Part shown: positions 9,091-19,172 of the stretch, in pieces | Numbering within the stretch: the stretch's first letter is position 1 | Layout of the letters: every line of letters begins with the position of its first letter | Source of the DNA: an uncultured Cryomorphaceae bacterium | GTDB lineage: Bacteria; Bacteroidota; Bacteroidia; Flavobacteriales; UBA7430 | DNA length: 64,000 bases | Assembly: GCA_964516765.1 (NCBI GenBank) | Contig: CAZEWZ010000003.1 | Span: forward strand, 14,692-78,691 | Direction of reading: 5' to 3' | The notes under the pieces: generated by a model | Database searches by the model: none | What the model was told of the DNA's origin: nothing | What the model saw: only the letters and a program-made list of their open reading frames with translations | Position numbers and translations under genes: made by a program

Positions 9091-9853
9091 CTACATAATC
9101 ATAATTTGAGTGAAGCCCCCATTCAAAAATGTGCAGTCTATTCTATTCATTTCTTTCTCAACTATTTTTTTTATTAAGAGTCTTCCTTTGCGATCTATTA
9201 GCCCTATTTCTTGTTTATCCAGAGATGTATATAGAAAAAAATTATCGCAAGGATTTGGGTATATTATACTTTCTATGCTGATGGAGGATAGCTATTTGGG
9301 ACATTCAAGAATTGCCCTGCTCGAGCCAGATCCATAGCAGAAGTTAATAAAGACGAGTTTGGAGATAACGAAAATACATTTGGGTAAAGATAGGTATGCC
9401 CTAAATGGTATGAATGATTTCCTATACTGAGGTATCTTGTCCACAATATCCTGGATGATCTGGATTTATTTCATTCTTATATAGTACCGAGCTTAATCGT
9501 TGACCATCATAATAATCAAAAAAATGATCTTCGGCATAAGATTCCTCATAATTAAAAATAGGGATTAAAGCATTTTGATTGAATAATCTATATTTAATTT
9601 CTTGATCATCTACTTCATCTTCATTGTTGTCTAAAATTTATGCCAAAATAGCAGCTGCATGGAGTACTTTTTCCTCTGGGCTAGATGATTATGCATAAAT
9701 ACTAAAACAATCCAAAACTCAAAGATATTTTTAAAATTCAGAAAATTCCATTTGATTTGCATTCGGATTTTCTTCAATTTCCAAACATACTGTGTTTTGA
9801 GACAGAAGAGTACAGGCGATAAATATGATTAGAGTAAAAAATAGCTGTTTCAA
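9091..9853 (-). pseudogene. decayed gene for a secreted protein of unknown family
   Basis: The reverse strand from TTG at 9851-9853 encodes an intact-looking signal peptide (KQLFFTLIIFIACTLLSQ). It is followed by protein-like stretches (SSSPEEKVLHAAAILA*ILDNNEDEVDDQEIKYRLFNQNALIPIFNYEESYAEDHFFDYYDGQRLSSVLYKNEINPDHPGYCGQDTSV*EIIHTI*). At least seven in-frame stops interrupt these. Further open stretches lie in the other two frames (GHTYLYPNVFSLSPNSSLLTSAMDLARAGQF; SIIYPNPCDNFFLYTSLDKQEIGLIDRKGRL), which implies frameshifts. Confidence 0.45.
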
Positions 9854-9889
9854 ATTCTTAGGATTTCAAATCAATATTTTGGGAACGAA

Positions 9890-10540
9890 TTAAATCAATT
9901 TTAAATTTGAAATTGTATCAAGTGGGTTATCTGATTTAAATACAAAACTTCCCGCGACAAGAACATCTGCTCCAACTTTAATCAAAGATTTGGCATTTTT
10001 ATCATTCACCCCCCCATCTATCTCTATTAGTGTATTAGTTTTATTATCTAAAATTAGTTTCTTTAATTCTCGAGTCTTATCATAGGTATGTTCAATGAAA
10101 TACTGGCCCCCAAAGCCTGGGTTTACAGACATTAGGCAAACTAAGTCAATCTCTTTAATGATATCTGATAATAGAGATACAGGAGTGTGTGGATTGAGGG
10201 CAACACCTGCTTTCATACCCTGATCTTTAATCACTTGTAGCGTCCTATGTAAATGGGGACAAGCTTCATAGTGAACTGTTAGAATATCAGCGCCTATTTG
10301 CTTAAATTTAGAAATATATTGGTCTGGATTCACGATCATTAAGTGAACATCCAAGGGTTTTTTTGCATGTTTTTTCATGGCAGAAATTACCGGCATTCCA
10401 AAGGAAATGTTAGGAACAAAAATACCATCCATGACATCTATATGGAACCAATCTGCTTGAGAGGAATTAATCATTTCGAATTCGCGCTGAATGTTTGCAA
10501 AATCAGCAGCAAGAACAGATGGTGCGATTAAATGAGACAT
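9890..10540 (-). CDS. rpe: ribulose-phosphate 3-epimerase
   Basis: 216 aa. HIDVMDGIFVPNISFG and MSVNPGFGGQ motifs. Confidence 0.9.
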   Translation of the reverse strand: MSHLIAPSVLAADFANIQREFEMINSSQADWFHIDVMDGIFVPNISFGMPVISAMKKHAKKPLDVHLMIVNPDQYISKFKQIGADILTVHYEACPHLHRTLQVIKDQGMKAGVALNPHTPVSLLSDIIKEIDLVCLMSVNPGFGGQYFIEHTYDKTRELKKLILDNKTNTLIEIDGGVNDKNAKSLIKVGADVLVAGSFVFKSDNPLDTISNLKLI

Positions 10541-10558
10541 ATTTTTACATTTTAAATC

Positions 10559-10582
10559 AAAAAAAAGAAGGCGTATGCCTTC
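10559..10582 (-). terminator. intrinsic terminator downstream of rpoD
   Basis: Minus strand: GAAGGC-auac-GCCUUC followed by U8, starting immediately after the rpoD stop codon. Confidence 0.75.
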
Positions 10583-11446
10583 TTATCCGAGATATGTTTT
10601 TAGAATTTTGCTTCGGGATACATGTTTCAGTCTTCTAATCGCTTTCTCTTTGATTTGTCGAACACGTTCTCTGGTTAGATCAAATCTTTCTCCAATTTCT
10701 TCAAGAGTTAGAGCTTGTTTACTTTCTAGACCAAAATAAAGTCGAATTACGTCTGCCTCCCTGGGAGTAAGTGTTTCAAGTGCACGTTCTATTTCAATAC
10801 TCAAAGAAGCATTTAGTAGTTCTCTGTCTGGATTTGGGCTTTCACCAGAACGCAAAACGTCATACAGATTTGAGTCTTCTCCTTCAACCAGAGGTGCATC
10901 CATGGAAACATGTCTTCCTGAGTTTCTTTGAGATTCTTTAACATCTGATTCACTCATATCTAAAAAAGTAGCAATCTCTGAGGCAGATGGAGCTCTTTCT
11001 TCGGCTTGTTCGATGGAGGCGTAAGCTTTATTTATTTTATTAATTGAGCCAATTTTATTCAAAGGCAAACGAACTATTCTCGATTGTTCTGCAAGTGCCT
11101 GAAGTATAGATTGTCTAATCCACCATACTGCATATGAGATAAATTTAAATCCACGGGTTTCATCAAATCTTTGGGCCGCTTTAATCAGTCCTAAATTTCC
11201 TTCATTAATTAGGTCGGGAAGAGAAAGTCCTTGATTTTGATATTGTTTTGCAACAGACACTACAAAACGAAGATTAGCTTTAGTCAATTTTTCCAAAGCA
11301 ATCTGATCTCCATCTCTAATTCTTTGAGCCAATTCAACTTCTTCTTCTGCAGTAATCAAATCTACTTTACCGATTTCCTGTAGATATTTATCTAGAGAGG
11401 CAGTTTCTCTGTTGGTTACCTGTTTGGTTATTTTTAATTGACGCAT
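10583..11446 (-). CDS. rpoD: RNA polymerase primary sigma factor (Bacteroidota sigma-A type)
   Basis: 287 aa. Regions 2-4 are recognisable ([13 protein letters not shown]; [28 protein letters not shown]). The short size is typical of the Bacteroidota primary sigma factor. Confidence 0.9.
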   Translation of the reverse strand: MRQLKITKQVTNRETASLDKYLQEIGKVDLITAEEEVELAQRIRDGDQIALEKLTKANLRFVVSVAKQYQNQGLSLPDLINEGNLGLIKAAQRFDETRGFKFISYAVWWIRQSILQALAEQSRIVRLPLNKIGSINKINKAYASIEQAEERAPSASEIATFLDMSESDVKESQRNSGRHVSMDAPLVEGEDSNLYDVLRSGESPNPDRELLNASLSIEIERALETLTPREADVIRLYFGLESKQALTLEEIGERFDLTRERVRQIKEKAIRRLKHVSRSKILKTYLG

Positions 11447-11513
11447 AGATATACTTTAAATTTTAGTTATATACGGAATAAATGATTTGAAGGTTACATT
11501 ATTAAGTAAGAAT

Positions 11514-12125
11514 TTATATTTTCTGAATGTATTCAATGATTTTTGAGATGTCTTTCTCATTATCAATGCCGCGAATAATAATATCTGCGAGTGATTTTCC
11601 AGGAAGAATGAATTTTTCAAACATGGGTTTTACTGTATTCTCATATTGATCCATCACACTTTTTTTAGAACGCCCTCTTTCTTGATGATCTCTGTTAATT
11701 CTTCTTTCCAGACATTTTTCTTGGTTTAAATCTACATACACAGACATGTCATATAATAGTCTAAGAAAATACTTACTTAATACTAGGGTACCCTCTATGA
11801 TAATTATTTTTTTTGGAAGAATTTTATTCGTCTCACTTTGTCTACTATGGTTGCTGAAATGATATATAGGCTGATCTATAGCATTCCCCATTCTTAGTGA
11901 TTTAATATGAGTTTCTAGCAGTTTTAAATCCAGAGCATCAGGATGGTCAAAATTGATTTGGTCTCTTTGGTTAATTGATAAATGATTCAGATCTTTGTAG
12001 TAAGAATCTTGACTAATTATTAGAATATTTTCTGGATTAAGAGAAGCTCTTATTTTTTTTGAAACTGTTGTTTTCCCAGAACCACTAGCTCCAGATATTC
12101 CAATAATTTTAATTTTTAAACTCAT
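11514..12125 (-). CDS. udk: uridine kinase
   Basis: 203 aa. P-loop IGISGASGSGKTT, followed by the DSYYKD and FDHPDALD motifs. Confidence 0.9.
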   Translation of the reverse strand: MSLKIKIIGISGASGSGKTTVSKKIRASLNPENILIISQDSYYKDLNHLSINQRDQINFDHPDALDLKLLETHIKSLRMGNAIDQPIYHFSNHSRQSETNKILPKKIIIIEGTLVLSKYFLRLLYDMSVYVDLNQEKCLERRINRDHQERGRSKKSVMDQYENTVKPMFEKFILPGKSLADIIIRGIDNEKDISKIIEYIQKI

Positions 12126-12130
12126 ATACC

Positions 12131-12166
12131 AAAAATAAAAAAATCCTCTTCGGTTAGGAAAAGGAT
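12131..12166 (-). terminator. intrinsic terminator downstream of pnp
   Basis: Minus strand: AUCCUUUUC-cuaacc-GAAGAGGAU (9 bp with one mismatch) followed by U7-A-U5. Confidence 0.6.
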
Positions 12167-12185
12167 TTTTTTAATTAATAAATAC

Positions 12186-14321
12186 TTACTCATTTTTTGT
12201 TTCAGGCTTCGGCAATAATACTTTTCTCGAAAATTTCATTTTACCTGTTTTAGCATCAACATCGATTATTTTTATTCGAACTGGATCATCTACTTTTAAG
12301 ACATCTTCAACATTATTGATTCTTTTCCAATCAATTTCAGAAATGTGTAACAACCCATCTTTACCTGCAGCAATTTCAACAAAAGCACCATATGCTTGGA
12401 TGTTTTTAACACGGCCATCATATTCTTCACCAACCGTAGGCATGAAGGCTATTTCGTTGATTTTAGAAATAGCAGCATCCATCCCTTCTTTATTTGTACC
12501 AAGAATTTCAACCTTACCAAATCCATCGATTTCTTCAATAGTTATTGTCGTATCTGTATCTAATTGTAGTTTCTGGATGATTTTCCCACCTGGTCCAATA
12601 ATTCCTCCAATACAATCTTTTGCTACTTTTAGAATCTCTATTCTCGGTGCATGAGGTTTCAATTCTACTCTAGGTGAGTCAATTGTTTTGAGAATTTCTG
12701 CTAAAATATGCATTCTACCACCTTTAGATTGCTCTAATGCTTGGGTTAAAATATCATAGGATAATCCCTTTACTTTGATATCCATCTGACAAGCAGTGAT
12801 TCCTTTCTCGGTTCCAGTTACTTTAAAGTCCATATCACCTAAATGATCTTCATCGCCTAATATATCAGAAAGAACTGCAAATTTACCTGTTGCTTCGTCT
12901 GAAATCAGTCCCATGGCAATTCCAGATACAGGACGAGTCATTTGAATACCTGCATCCATAAGGGCTAATGTTCCTGCACACACTGTTGCCATTGAAGAAG
13001 AACCATTGGATTCTAAAATTTCAGAGACAATACGAATAGTATATGGATTTTCAGCAGGAATCATTCCCTTGAGTGCACGTTGAGCCAGGTTTCCATGACC
13101 AATTTCTCTCCTGCTAACTCCTCTAATCGGTCTTGCTTCTCCAGTTGAATAGGGAGGAAAATTGTAGTGAAGATAAAACTTTTCGGAACCTCGAAAAGTT
13201 ACATTGTCAATTCGGTTGACATCAAGTGCAGTTCCTAATGTTACAGTAGATAATGATTGAGTTTCTCCACGGGTGAATAAGGCAGAACCATGAACTGAAG
13301 GTAAATAGTCAATTTCACTCCAGATCGGTCGGATATCAGTTGTCGATCTTCCGTCTAATCGAATTCCTTCATTAAGAATTACATTTCTAACAGCTTCTTT
13401 TTCAACTTTTTGAAGGTATTTTCCCAAAAGGAATGATTTTTCAGTACGAAATTCATTCTCTAGGGATTCTAAGAAAATATTTTTTATTTCTCCAAAAGCC
13501 TCTTTTCGAGCTTTCTTATCTGGATTCCCACTTTTTGCAACTGCATAAGCTTTTTCATAACAAGCTTTTCTTACTTGGTCTAATAAATCAAAGTCATCTG
13601 CTTCTTCGTGAGAATATTCTCTTTTCTCACCAACTTTAAATGCTTCTGCAAGAGCATTCTGTGCAGCACATTGTATTTTAATTGCTTCATGGGCAACTTT
13701 AATTCCTTCAATCATTTCTAATTCAGAAATCTCATCCATTTCACCTTCTACCATGGCAACGCTGTCTATAGAGGCGCCAACCATTAGGTCCATGTCTGCA
13801 TCTTCAAGTTGTTCCGGATTAGGATTCACAATATATTTTCCATCTACTCGAGCGACTCGTACTTCGGAGATAGGTCCTTCGAATGGAATATCTGAAAGGG
13901 TAAGGCATGCAGAGGCTGCAAGACCAGCTAATGCATCTGGCATACAATTCTTGTCGTAAGACATCAATTGAATCATCAATTGAGTTTCTGAGTGGTAGTC
14001 TGCAGGAAATAGAGGACGTAAAACCCGATCTACAAGTCGCATGACTAAAATTTCTTGGTCAGAGGGTCTAGCCTCTCTTTTTAAGAAGCCTCCAGGATAG
14101 CGGCCATCTGCAGCAAATTTCTCTCTATAGTCAACGGTTAAAGGTAAGAAATTTACTCCTTCTTTTGCGTCTTTATTAGAAACTACAGTAGCCAATAGCA
14201 TGGTGTCACCCATACGGACTACTACCGAACCATGTGCTTGTTTAGCAAGTCGGCCAGTTTCGATTTCAATCGTTCTTCCATCTCCTAAATCGATGGTTTG
14301 TTTAAGTCCTTGTGGGATCAT
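12186..14321 (-). CDS. pnp: polyribonucleotide nucleotidyltransferase (PNPase)
   Basis: 711 aa. Two RNase PH-like halves with C-terminal KH ([12 protein letters not shown]) and S1 ([15 protein letters not shown]) domains. It lies downstream of rpsO, as in many bacteria. Confidence 0.95.
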   Translation of the reverse strand: MIPQGLKQTIDLGDGRTIEIETGRLAKQAHGSVVVRMGDTMLLATVVSNKDAKEGVNFLPLTVDYREKFAADGRYPGGFLKREARPSDQEILVMRLVDRVLRPLFPADYHSETQLMIQLMSYDKNCMPDALAGLAASACLTLSDIPFEGPISEVRVARVDGKYIVNPNPEQLEDADMDLMVGASIDSVAMVEGEMDEISELEMIEGIKVAHEAIKIQCAAQNALAEAFKVGEKREYSHEEADDFDLLDQVRKACYEKAYAVAKSGNPDKKARKEAFGEIKNIFLESLENEFRTEKSFLLGKYLQKVEKEAVRNVILNEGIRLDGRSTTDIRPIWSEIDYLPSVHGSALFTRGETQSLSTVTLGTALDVNRIDNVTFRGSEKFYLHYNFPPYSTGEARPIRGVSRREIGHGNLAQRALKGMIPAENPYTIRIVSEILESNGSSSMATVCAGTLALMDAGIQMTRPVSGIAMGLISDEATGKFAVLSDILGDEDHLGDMDFKVTGTEKGITACQMDIKVKGLSYDILTQALEQSKGGRMHILAEILKTIDSPRVELKPHAPRIEILKVAKDCIGGIIGPGGKIIQKLQLDTDTTITIEEIDGFGKVEILGTNKEGMDAAISKINEIAFMPTVGEEYDGRVKNIQAYGAFVEIAAGKDGLLHISEIDWKRINNVEDVLKVDDPVRIKIIDVDAKTGKMKFSRKVLLPKPETKNE

Positions 14322-14440
14322 AATACAATAGTTATTTAGCTTTTAACAAACAGATGGGGTTTACTTCTAGGATCTAACCTATGGACTTATAAGAAGGGTT
14401 AATTTTTCTTGAAATATTCTGATTGTCAAAAGCATTCTTA

Positions 14441-14471
14441 TAAAACCAACAAAAGGCAGTGCAATGCACGC
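14441..14471 (-). terminator. hairpin plus U-rich tract between rpsO and pnp (terminator/attenuator in the pnp leader)
   Basis: Minus strand: GGCGUGC-auu-GCAC(U)GCC (7 bp with one bulged U) followed by UUUUGUUGGUUUU. It lies 21 nt after the rpsO stop. Confidence 0.6.
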
Positions 14472-14491
14472 CTCTTGAATTATTGAATGGA

Positions 14492-14761
14492 TTATTTTCT
14501 TAATCCAAGTTCTTTTACGATTTTTCTATATCGCAAGACATCTACTTTAATAAGATAATTTAGAAGTTTTCTTCTCTTTCCCACTAAGGCGATCAATGAA
14601 CGTTGTGTCCCGTAATCTTTCTTGTTGTCTTTTAGATGGTTTGTTAGATGAGCAATTCGAAAGGTGAAAAGAGCAATTTGTCCTTCAGGAGAACCTGTAT
14701 CTTTTTCATTTTTTCCGTGAGTTTTGAAAAACTCTTGTTTTTTTTGAGTGTTAAGGTACAT
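14492..14761 (-). CDS. rpsO: 30S ribosomal protein S15
   Basis: 89 aa. [33 protein letters not shown] matches the S15 signature. Confidence 0.95.
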   Translation of the reverse strand: MYLNTQKKQEFFKTHGKNEKDTGSPEGQIALFTFRIAHLTNHLKDNKKDYGTQRSLIALVGKRRKLLNYLIKVDVLRYRKIVKELGLRK

Positions 14762-14801
14762 GCCTAAATTTTATTTAATGTTAGTTATGTATAAATCGAT
14801 G

Positions 14802-14809
14802 CAAATGTA
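14802..14809 (-). promoter_or_regulatory. candidate -7 box (TACATTTG) for rpsO-pnp
   Basis: Perfect TAnnTTTG on the minus strand, 40 nt upstream of the rpsO ATG. Confidence 0.45.
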
Positions 14810-14814
14810 AGAAA

Positions 14815-15678
14815 TTATTCTGATTTTGATTCGGTATAATAGGTCAATTTTATGAATTGACTCACTTTTTCTTTTAATTTACTGCGTGCTACAATAAAAT
14901 CTAAAAAGCCATGTTCAAGAACAAATTCTGAAGTCTGAAAATCTTCTGGAAGATCCTTTCCAATAGTTTCTTTGACTACTCGAGGTCCAGCAAAACCAAT
15001 AAGTGCTCCAGGTTCTGCAATATTAATATCTCCAAGCATGGCAAATGAAGCTGTAATTCCCCCAGTGGTTGGATCTGTTAGAAGAGATATATAGGGGATT
15101 TTTTCTTTAGATAATTGAGAAAGTCTCGCAGAAGTTTTAGCCATTTGCATCAAAGAAAAAGCTGCTTCCATCATCCTGGCTCCACCTGATTTTGAAATCA
15201 TCATAAATGGAACTTTCTGCTCTATGGAATTTTTGATTGCTCGGGCAATTTTTTCTCCAACAACAGAACCCATTGATCCACCGATGAAATTGAAATTCAT
15301 ACAAGCAATTGTAATTTTCATTCCATCAAGTTCACCTGTACCAGTGCTAACTGCGTCTTTGAGACCTGTTCTGTTTTTTGCAGCAATCAGTCTATCAGTG
15401 TATACTTTTGTATCTTCAAAGTTAAGTGGGTCAGAAGATATCATGTTTGCGTCTAATTCATTGAATGTTCCATTGTCGAATAATAGTCCAAAGTATTCTT
15501 TTGAATTAATTCTTTCATGATGAGAACAGTTCTGGCAAACCCATAAATATTGCTGGTGTTCATCCGAGGAGACTACTACCTTACATTTAGGACATTTGTA
15601 CCAAAGTCCTTCTGGGATTTCCTTTTTGTCTTTGGTTTCTGTTACTACTTTTTTATCCTTTCTTTTGAACCAAAACAT
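14815..15678 (-). CDS. accD: acetyl-CoA carboxylase carboxyltransferase subunit beta
   Basis: N-terminal zinc ribbon CPKC...CQNC, followed by a carboxyltransferase core ([14 protein letters not shown]). Confidence 0.9.
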   Translation of the reverse strand: MFWFKRKDKKVVTETKDKKEIPEGLWYKCPKCKVVVSSDEHQQYLWVCQNCSHHERINSKEYFGLLFDNGTFNELDANMISSDPLNFEDTKVYTDRLIAAKNRTGLKDAVSTGTGELDGMKITIACMNFNFIGGSMGSVVGEKIARAIKNSIEQKVPFMMISKSGGARMMEAAFSLMQMAKTSARLSQLSKEKIPYISLLTDPTTGGITASFAMLGDINIAEPGALIGFAGPRVVKETIGKDLPEDFQTSEFVLEHGFLDFIVARSKLKEKVSQFIKLTYYTESKSE

Positions 15679-15683
15679 GGAAT

Positions 15684-16754
15684 TTATATTAAAGTGTTTA
15701 CATTATTTAAGTCTTCAAAGGAGCGAATAAGTCGCTTTTTGAGTGTTAATTCCCCGGCTCGGAGATATTTACGGGGGTCATAATATTTTTTATTAGGTAT
15801 TTCTTCTCCCTCAGGATTTCCGATTTGACACATAAGATAATCTTTGTTTTCTAGTATATAATCTCTTATGCCTTCGGTTAATGCATACTGAAGATCAGTA
15901 TCTAGATTCATTTTAATCACTCCGTAAGAAATGGCTTCCATAATATCTTTAGGGCTTGATCCCGATCCACCGTGAAAAACAAAATTTACTGGATTTTCTT
16001 CAGCAATATTAAATTTTGATCGAATGAACTTTTGTGAATTTTTAAGAATGATTGGTGTAAGGATTACATTCCCAGGTTTGTATACTCCATGAACATTTCC
16101 AAATGCTGCTGCAATTGTAAATTTATTTGAAATTTTGGTCAATTCTTCAAAGGCATAAGCGACCTCATCTGGCTGAGTGTATAGATCGGAATTATCTATG
16201 TCACTATTGTCAATTCCGTCTTCCTCTCCTCCCGTAACTCCTAACTCAATTTCTAGGGTGATTCCAATCTTACTCATTCTAGTAAGATATTTTTTACAGA
16301 GTTCAATATTTTCTTTGATTGGTTCAGCAGAAAGATCAATCATATGCGATGAAAATAGTGGTCTACCGTGTAGTTTAAAATATTTTTCACTAGCGTCTAG
16401 CATACCATCGATCCATGTTAACCAAGATTTTTGACAGTGGTCAGTGTGAAGAATAACGCATGCACCGTATAATTTAGCAATCTGGTGAACGTGCAGAGCT
16501 CCAGAAATACACCCATTGATTGCTGCTATTTCATTTTCATTGCTAAGATTTTTCCCCGCAAAAAAATGACCACCACCCTTTGAAAATTGAACTATAACGG
16601 GAGAGTTTAATTCAGCGGCAGTTTCAATTACTGCATTTACTGTAGATGTGGAACTTACATTCACTGCGGGAAGAGCATACTTATTTTTTTTAGCATGCTT
16701 AAATATTTTTTGCACATCGTTACCAAATGCTACCCCAGATTTAAATCCTATCAT
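15684..16754 (-). CDS. fbaA: class II fructose-bisphosphate aldolase
   Basis: 356 aa. [13 protein letters not shown] and FVFHGGSGS motifs. Confidence 0.9.
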   Translation of the reverse strand: MIGFKSGVAFGNDVQKIFKHAKKNKYALPAVNVSSTSTVNAVIETAAELNSPVIVQFSKGGGHFFAGKNLSNENEIAAINGCISGALHVHQIAKLYGACVILHTDHCQKSWLTWIDGMLDASEKYFKLHGRPLFSSHMIDLSAEPIKENIELCKKYLTRMSKIGITLEIELGVTGGEEDGIDNSDIDNSDLYTQPDEVAYAFEELTKISNKFTIAAAFGNVHGVYKPGNVILTPIILKNSQKFIRSKFNIAEENPVNFVFHGGSGSSPKDIMEAISYGVIKMNLDTDLQYALTEGIRDYILENKDYLMCQIGNPEGEEIPNKKYYDPRKYLRAGELTLKKRLIRSFEDLNNVNTLI

Positions 16755-16786
16755 TTTATGATCCTATTATTTAATTAATCTACATA

Positions 16787-16794
16787 CAAATCTA
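16787..16794 (-). promoter_or_regulatory. candidate -7 box (TAGATTTG) for fbaA-accD
   Basis: Perfect TAnnTTTG on the minus strand, 32 nt upstream of the fbaA ATG. Confidence 0.45.
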
Positions 16795-16825
16795 ATCAAA
16801 TATTAATCAGAGTTAAAGATTTTAG

Positions 16826-19099
16826 TTAAAAAGGATAACCCAATCCAATGTTAAATTGTGAATTCTTAAAATTAAGTTGATTCCATTGCCATTTTTCTAT
16901 TTCTGAAGTTTCTCTGAGGGGGAATCCAAAATCAGTTCTGATTAGAAAATATTTAAAATCATATCGAAATCCAAAACCAATGTCTACCGCAATTTGGTTT
17001 AAAAATGTATTCCACTTAAAGTTGGCTTCTTCGTAATTGTTGTTATTTTGTTTTAATTCCCAAATATTCCCAGCATCGATAAATAGGGCTGCATTTAGTT
17101 TTTTCAGTAGTTTGAATCTAAATTCAATACTTGACAATAGTTTTACTCCTCCTGTGTATAAAGAATCGCTGTATTCTAGTCCACCAGTTGGTCTTTTGAA
17201 AGCAGCCCAACCTCGAAGATCATTGGAACCTCCTGCAATGAATTTTTTGTGAAATGGTGCTTGATTAGTGTTTCCATAGGCGTAAATTAGACCTGCCATA
17301 GATCGAATAGCTATGCTTTGTTCTGAATTCATTTCGATGTAATATCTATAATCAAAACTAGTTTTGATATACTGTGAAAATATCGTTTGATTATTCAATA
17401 AATTTACTGTGTAAATAGGGTCTCCATTACTTTGAATGATTTCATTTCCCTGCTCATCCATCAAGTTTTTTAGGTTCATAGGTCCTGTAAAAGTACTCAA
17501 TACATTACCCGAGGTCTCGATATGAAACCTAAAGAAAGTATGGTTTTTCAATTTATTTATATTTTGATTGTTGAAGCTAAGGGTGTAAGAACTAGTGGGA
17601 ATTAGATGATCCGAATAATCTTTTGAAATGAGGTACTCAGAAATTGTGTTCAAACTTAATGTTCCTTCCTCAAAATTGACATAACTCAGATTGATTAATG
17701 ATAGATTATGTTTAAACTTCCCCCTCCTTTTCCACTGGTAATTATATCCTGCCTTCAAGGTGTTTCTTGTAAATTCAGCTCGTTCTTGTTTTTTGTATGA
17801 AACAGAGAATGTAGTTCTTGTTTGGGTATTTTTATTTATAAATGCATTTAAGTTGAGAGGACTAATTAGACTAGGTATGGTGAAATTTAGCAAAAAGCCA
17901 TTTTCATTTACATTATTCAAGGCTTTAGATTTGACAAAAGTAAGACTGAGGTTTTCTCCACCTTTAAATAAATCATAATGGTTAATTGCTGCGGAACCAG
18001 ATATTCCTTCGTTTAATTCTGGATTAGTTGATAATTCTGATTCTAAACTGTAGGCTATTTTTTTTCCAGCTGTCAAATAAAAATGTGCTTCCAATTGTTC
18101 TTCCTCTTTAAAGCCGATAGTAATAAATTCAAAGGATATTTTTTTAAAATGTGTCAATTCTAACAATGCCTGATAACTTTTATCAACATTTTTTTTATTG
18201 AATATTTTTCCTGAAGAGATAAATATCTTTTCTGCCAAACGATTAAAATTCAGCCTTTGGCTGTTCGATATAAAGTAGATTCCATCGAGAAAGATGGTGT
18301 CTTGACTCACTTTCAAATAAGGACTTTCTAAATGGACATAAATATCTTTAATGATTCCAGTTTTATGATTTTTAAACTCATTGATATTCGGATCAATCGA
18401 AGGAAGAGCTTTTACAGTCAAATATAAATCTATGAGCTTGGTTTTTTGATTTGTATCAGCAGTAAAATAAAGATATTCTTTATTGAATTTATAGTATCCC
18501 TCATTTTGAAGAAGATTTGAAATTCGTTCTCTCTCAATTTCGAGTCTAGAAAGATTGTAAGGTTGACCAGATTTAATCGTAGTATTTTCTAATATTTCAA
18601 AAATCCTTGTATCGATCGACTGATTAATTCTTTTGTCCAATTTAAAGACATTTATTTTGTAACATAATCCTGTCTCTACATTATATTCAGATTCAATTTT
18701 GTGTTTTTTCATCATCGTATTTAATCTCACTTCTGCATCAAAATATCCTATATTTTTATAGTATATTTTGATTTGTGAAATTGATTTTTCAGCTAGCGTA
18801 GAACTGAATATTACAGGAGCTTCCCCAATTTTTTTTAGATAATGATTCTCTTTTTTGTTTGTTGCTAAATTGTAAATATTAAGGTATAGAGGAAAAAAAC
18901 CCCATATTTTCTTGTTTGTTTTTTGTTTTACTAATTCATAGACTTTTTGGTCTTTTATTTTCTCTCCGTTCTCTATGATGCTATTTTTAGTTAAGAGAGA
19001 TTGATCTAATTTGAGATACCTATTTGTGCTACATTGAGTAAAACATAAAATGAATCCAAGATTGAGGATAAAAAGATGGGTATTTTGCTTAAAATTCAA
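16826..19099 (-). CDS. BamA/TamA-family outer membrane protein (surface antigen D15-like)
   Basis: 757 aa. N-terminal signal peptide, POTRA-like repeats and a C-terminal beta-barrel ending in an aromatic residue (GLGYPF). The start codon at 19097-19099 is TTG, and no ATG would retain the signal peptide. Confidence 0.6.
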   Translation of the reverse strand: MNFKQNTHLFILNLGFILCFTQCSTNRYLKLDQSLLTKNSIIENGEKIKDQKVYELVKQKTNKKIWGFFPLYLNIYNLATNKKENHYLKKIGEAPVIFSSTLAEKSISQIKIYYKNIGYFDAEVRLNTMMKKHKIESEYNVETGLCYKINVFKLDKRINQSIDTRIFEILENTTIKSGQPYNLSRLEIERERISNLLQNEGYYKFNKEYLYFTADTNQKTKLIDLYLTVKALPSIDPNINEFKNHKTGIIKDIYVHLESPYLKVSQDTIFLDGIYFISNSQRLNFNRLAEKIFISSGKIFNKKNVDKSYQALLELTHFKKISFEFITIGFKEEEQLEAHFYLTAGKKIAYSLESELSTNPELNEGISGSAAINHYDLFKGGENLSLTFVKSKALNNVNENGFLLNFTIPSLISPLNLNAFINKNTQTRTTFSVSYKKQERAEFTRNTLKAGYNYQWKRRGKFKHNLSLINLSYVNFEEGTLSLNTISEYLISKDYSDHLIPTSSYTLSFNNQNINKLKNHTFFRFHIETSGNVLSTFTGPMNLKNLMDEQGNEIIQSNGDPIYTVNLLNNQTIFSQYIKTSFDYRYYIEMNSEQSIAIRSMAGLIYAYGNTNQAPFHKKFIAGGSNDLRGWAAFKRPTGGLEYSDSLYTGGVKLLSSIEFRFKLLKKLNAALFIDAGNIWELKQNNNNYEEANFKWNTFLNQIAVDIGFGFRYDFKYFLIRTDFGFPLRETSEIEKWQWNQLNFKNSQFNIGLGYPF

Positions 19100-19172
19100 A
19101 CGAATACACTTTGCTAGTTTATATTTTTATGGCAGACTGTCCAAGTCCATTATTTTTTTTGACCTTTGTAGA

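Noticed and set aside
9110-9337. A 75-aa plus-strand ORF inside the 8723-9889 gap.
   Set aside because: It lies antisense to the decayed secreted-protein gene, has no family resemblance and has no promoter box. It is more simply explained as a chance ORF in pseudogene debris.
12130-12137. A perfect TAnnTTTG (TATTTTTG, minus strand) just upstream of udk.
   Set aside because: It ends only 4 nt before the udk ATG and is formed by the U-tract of the pnp terminator. It is too close to serve as a -7 box for this start codon.
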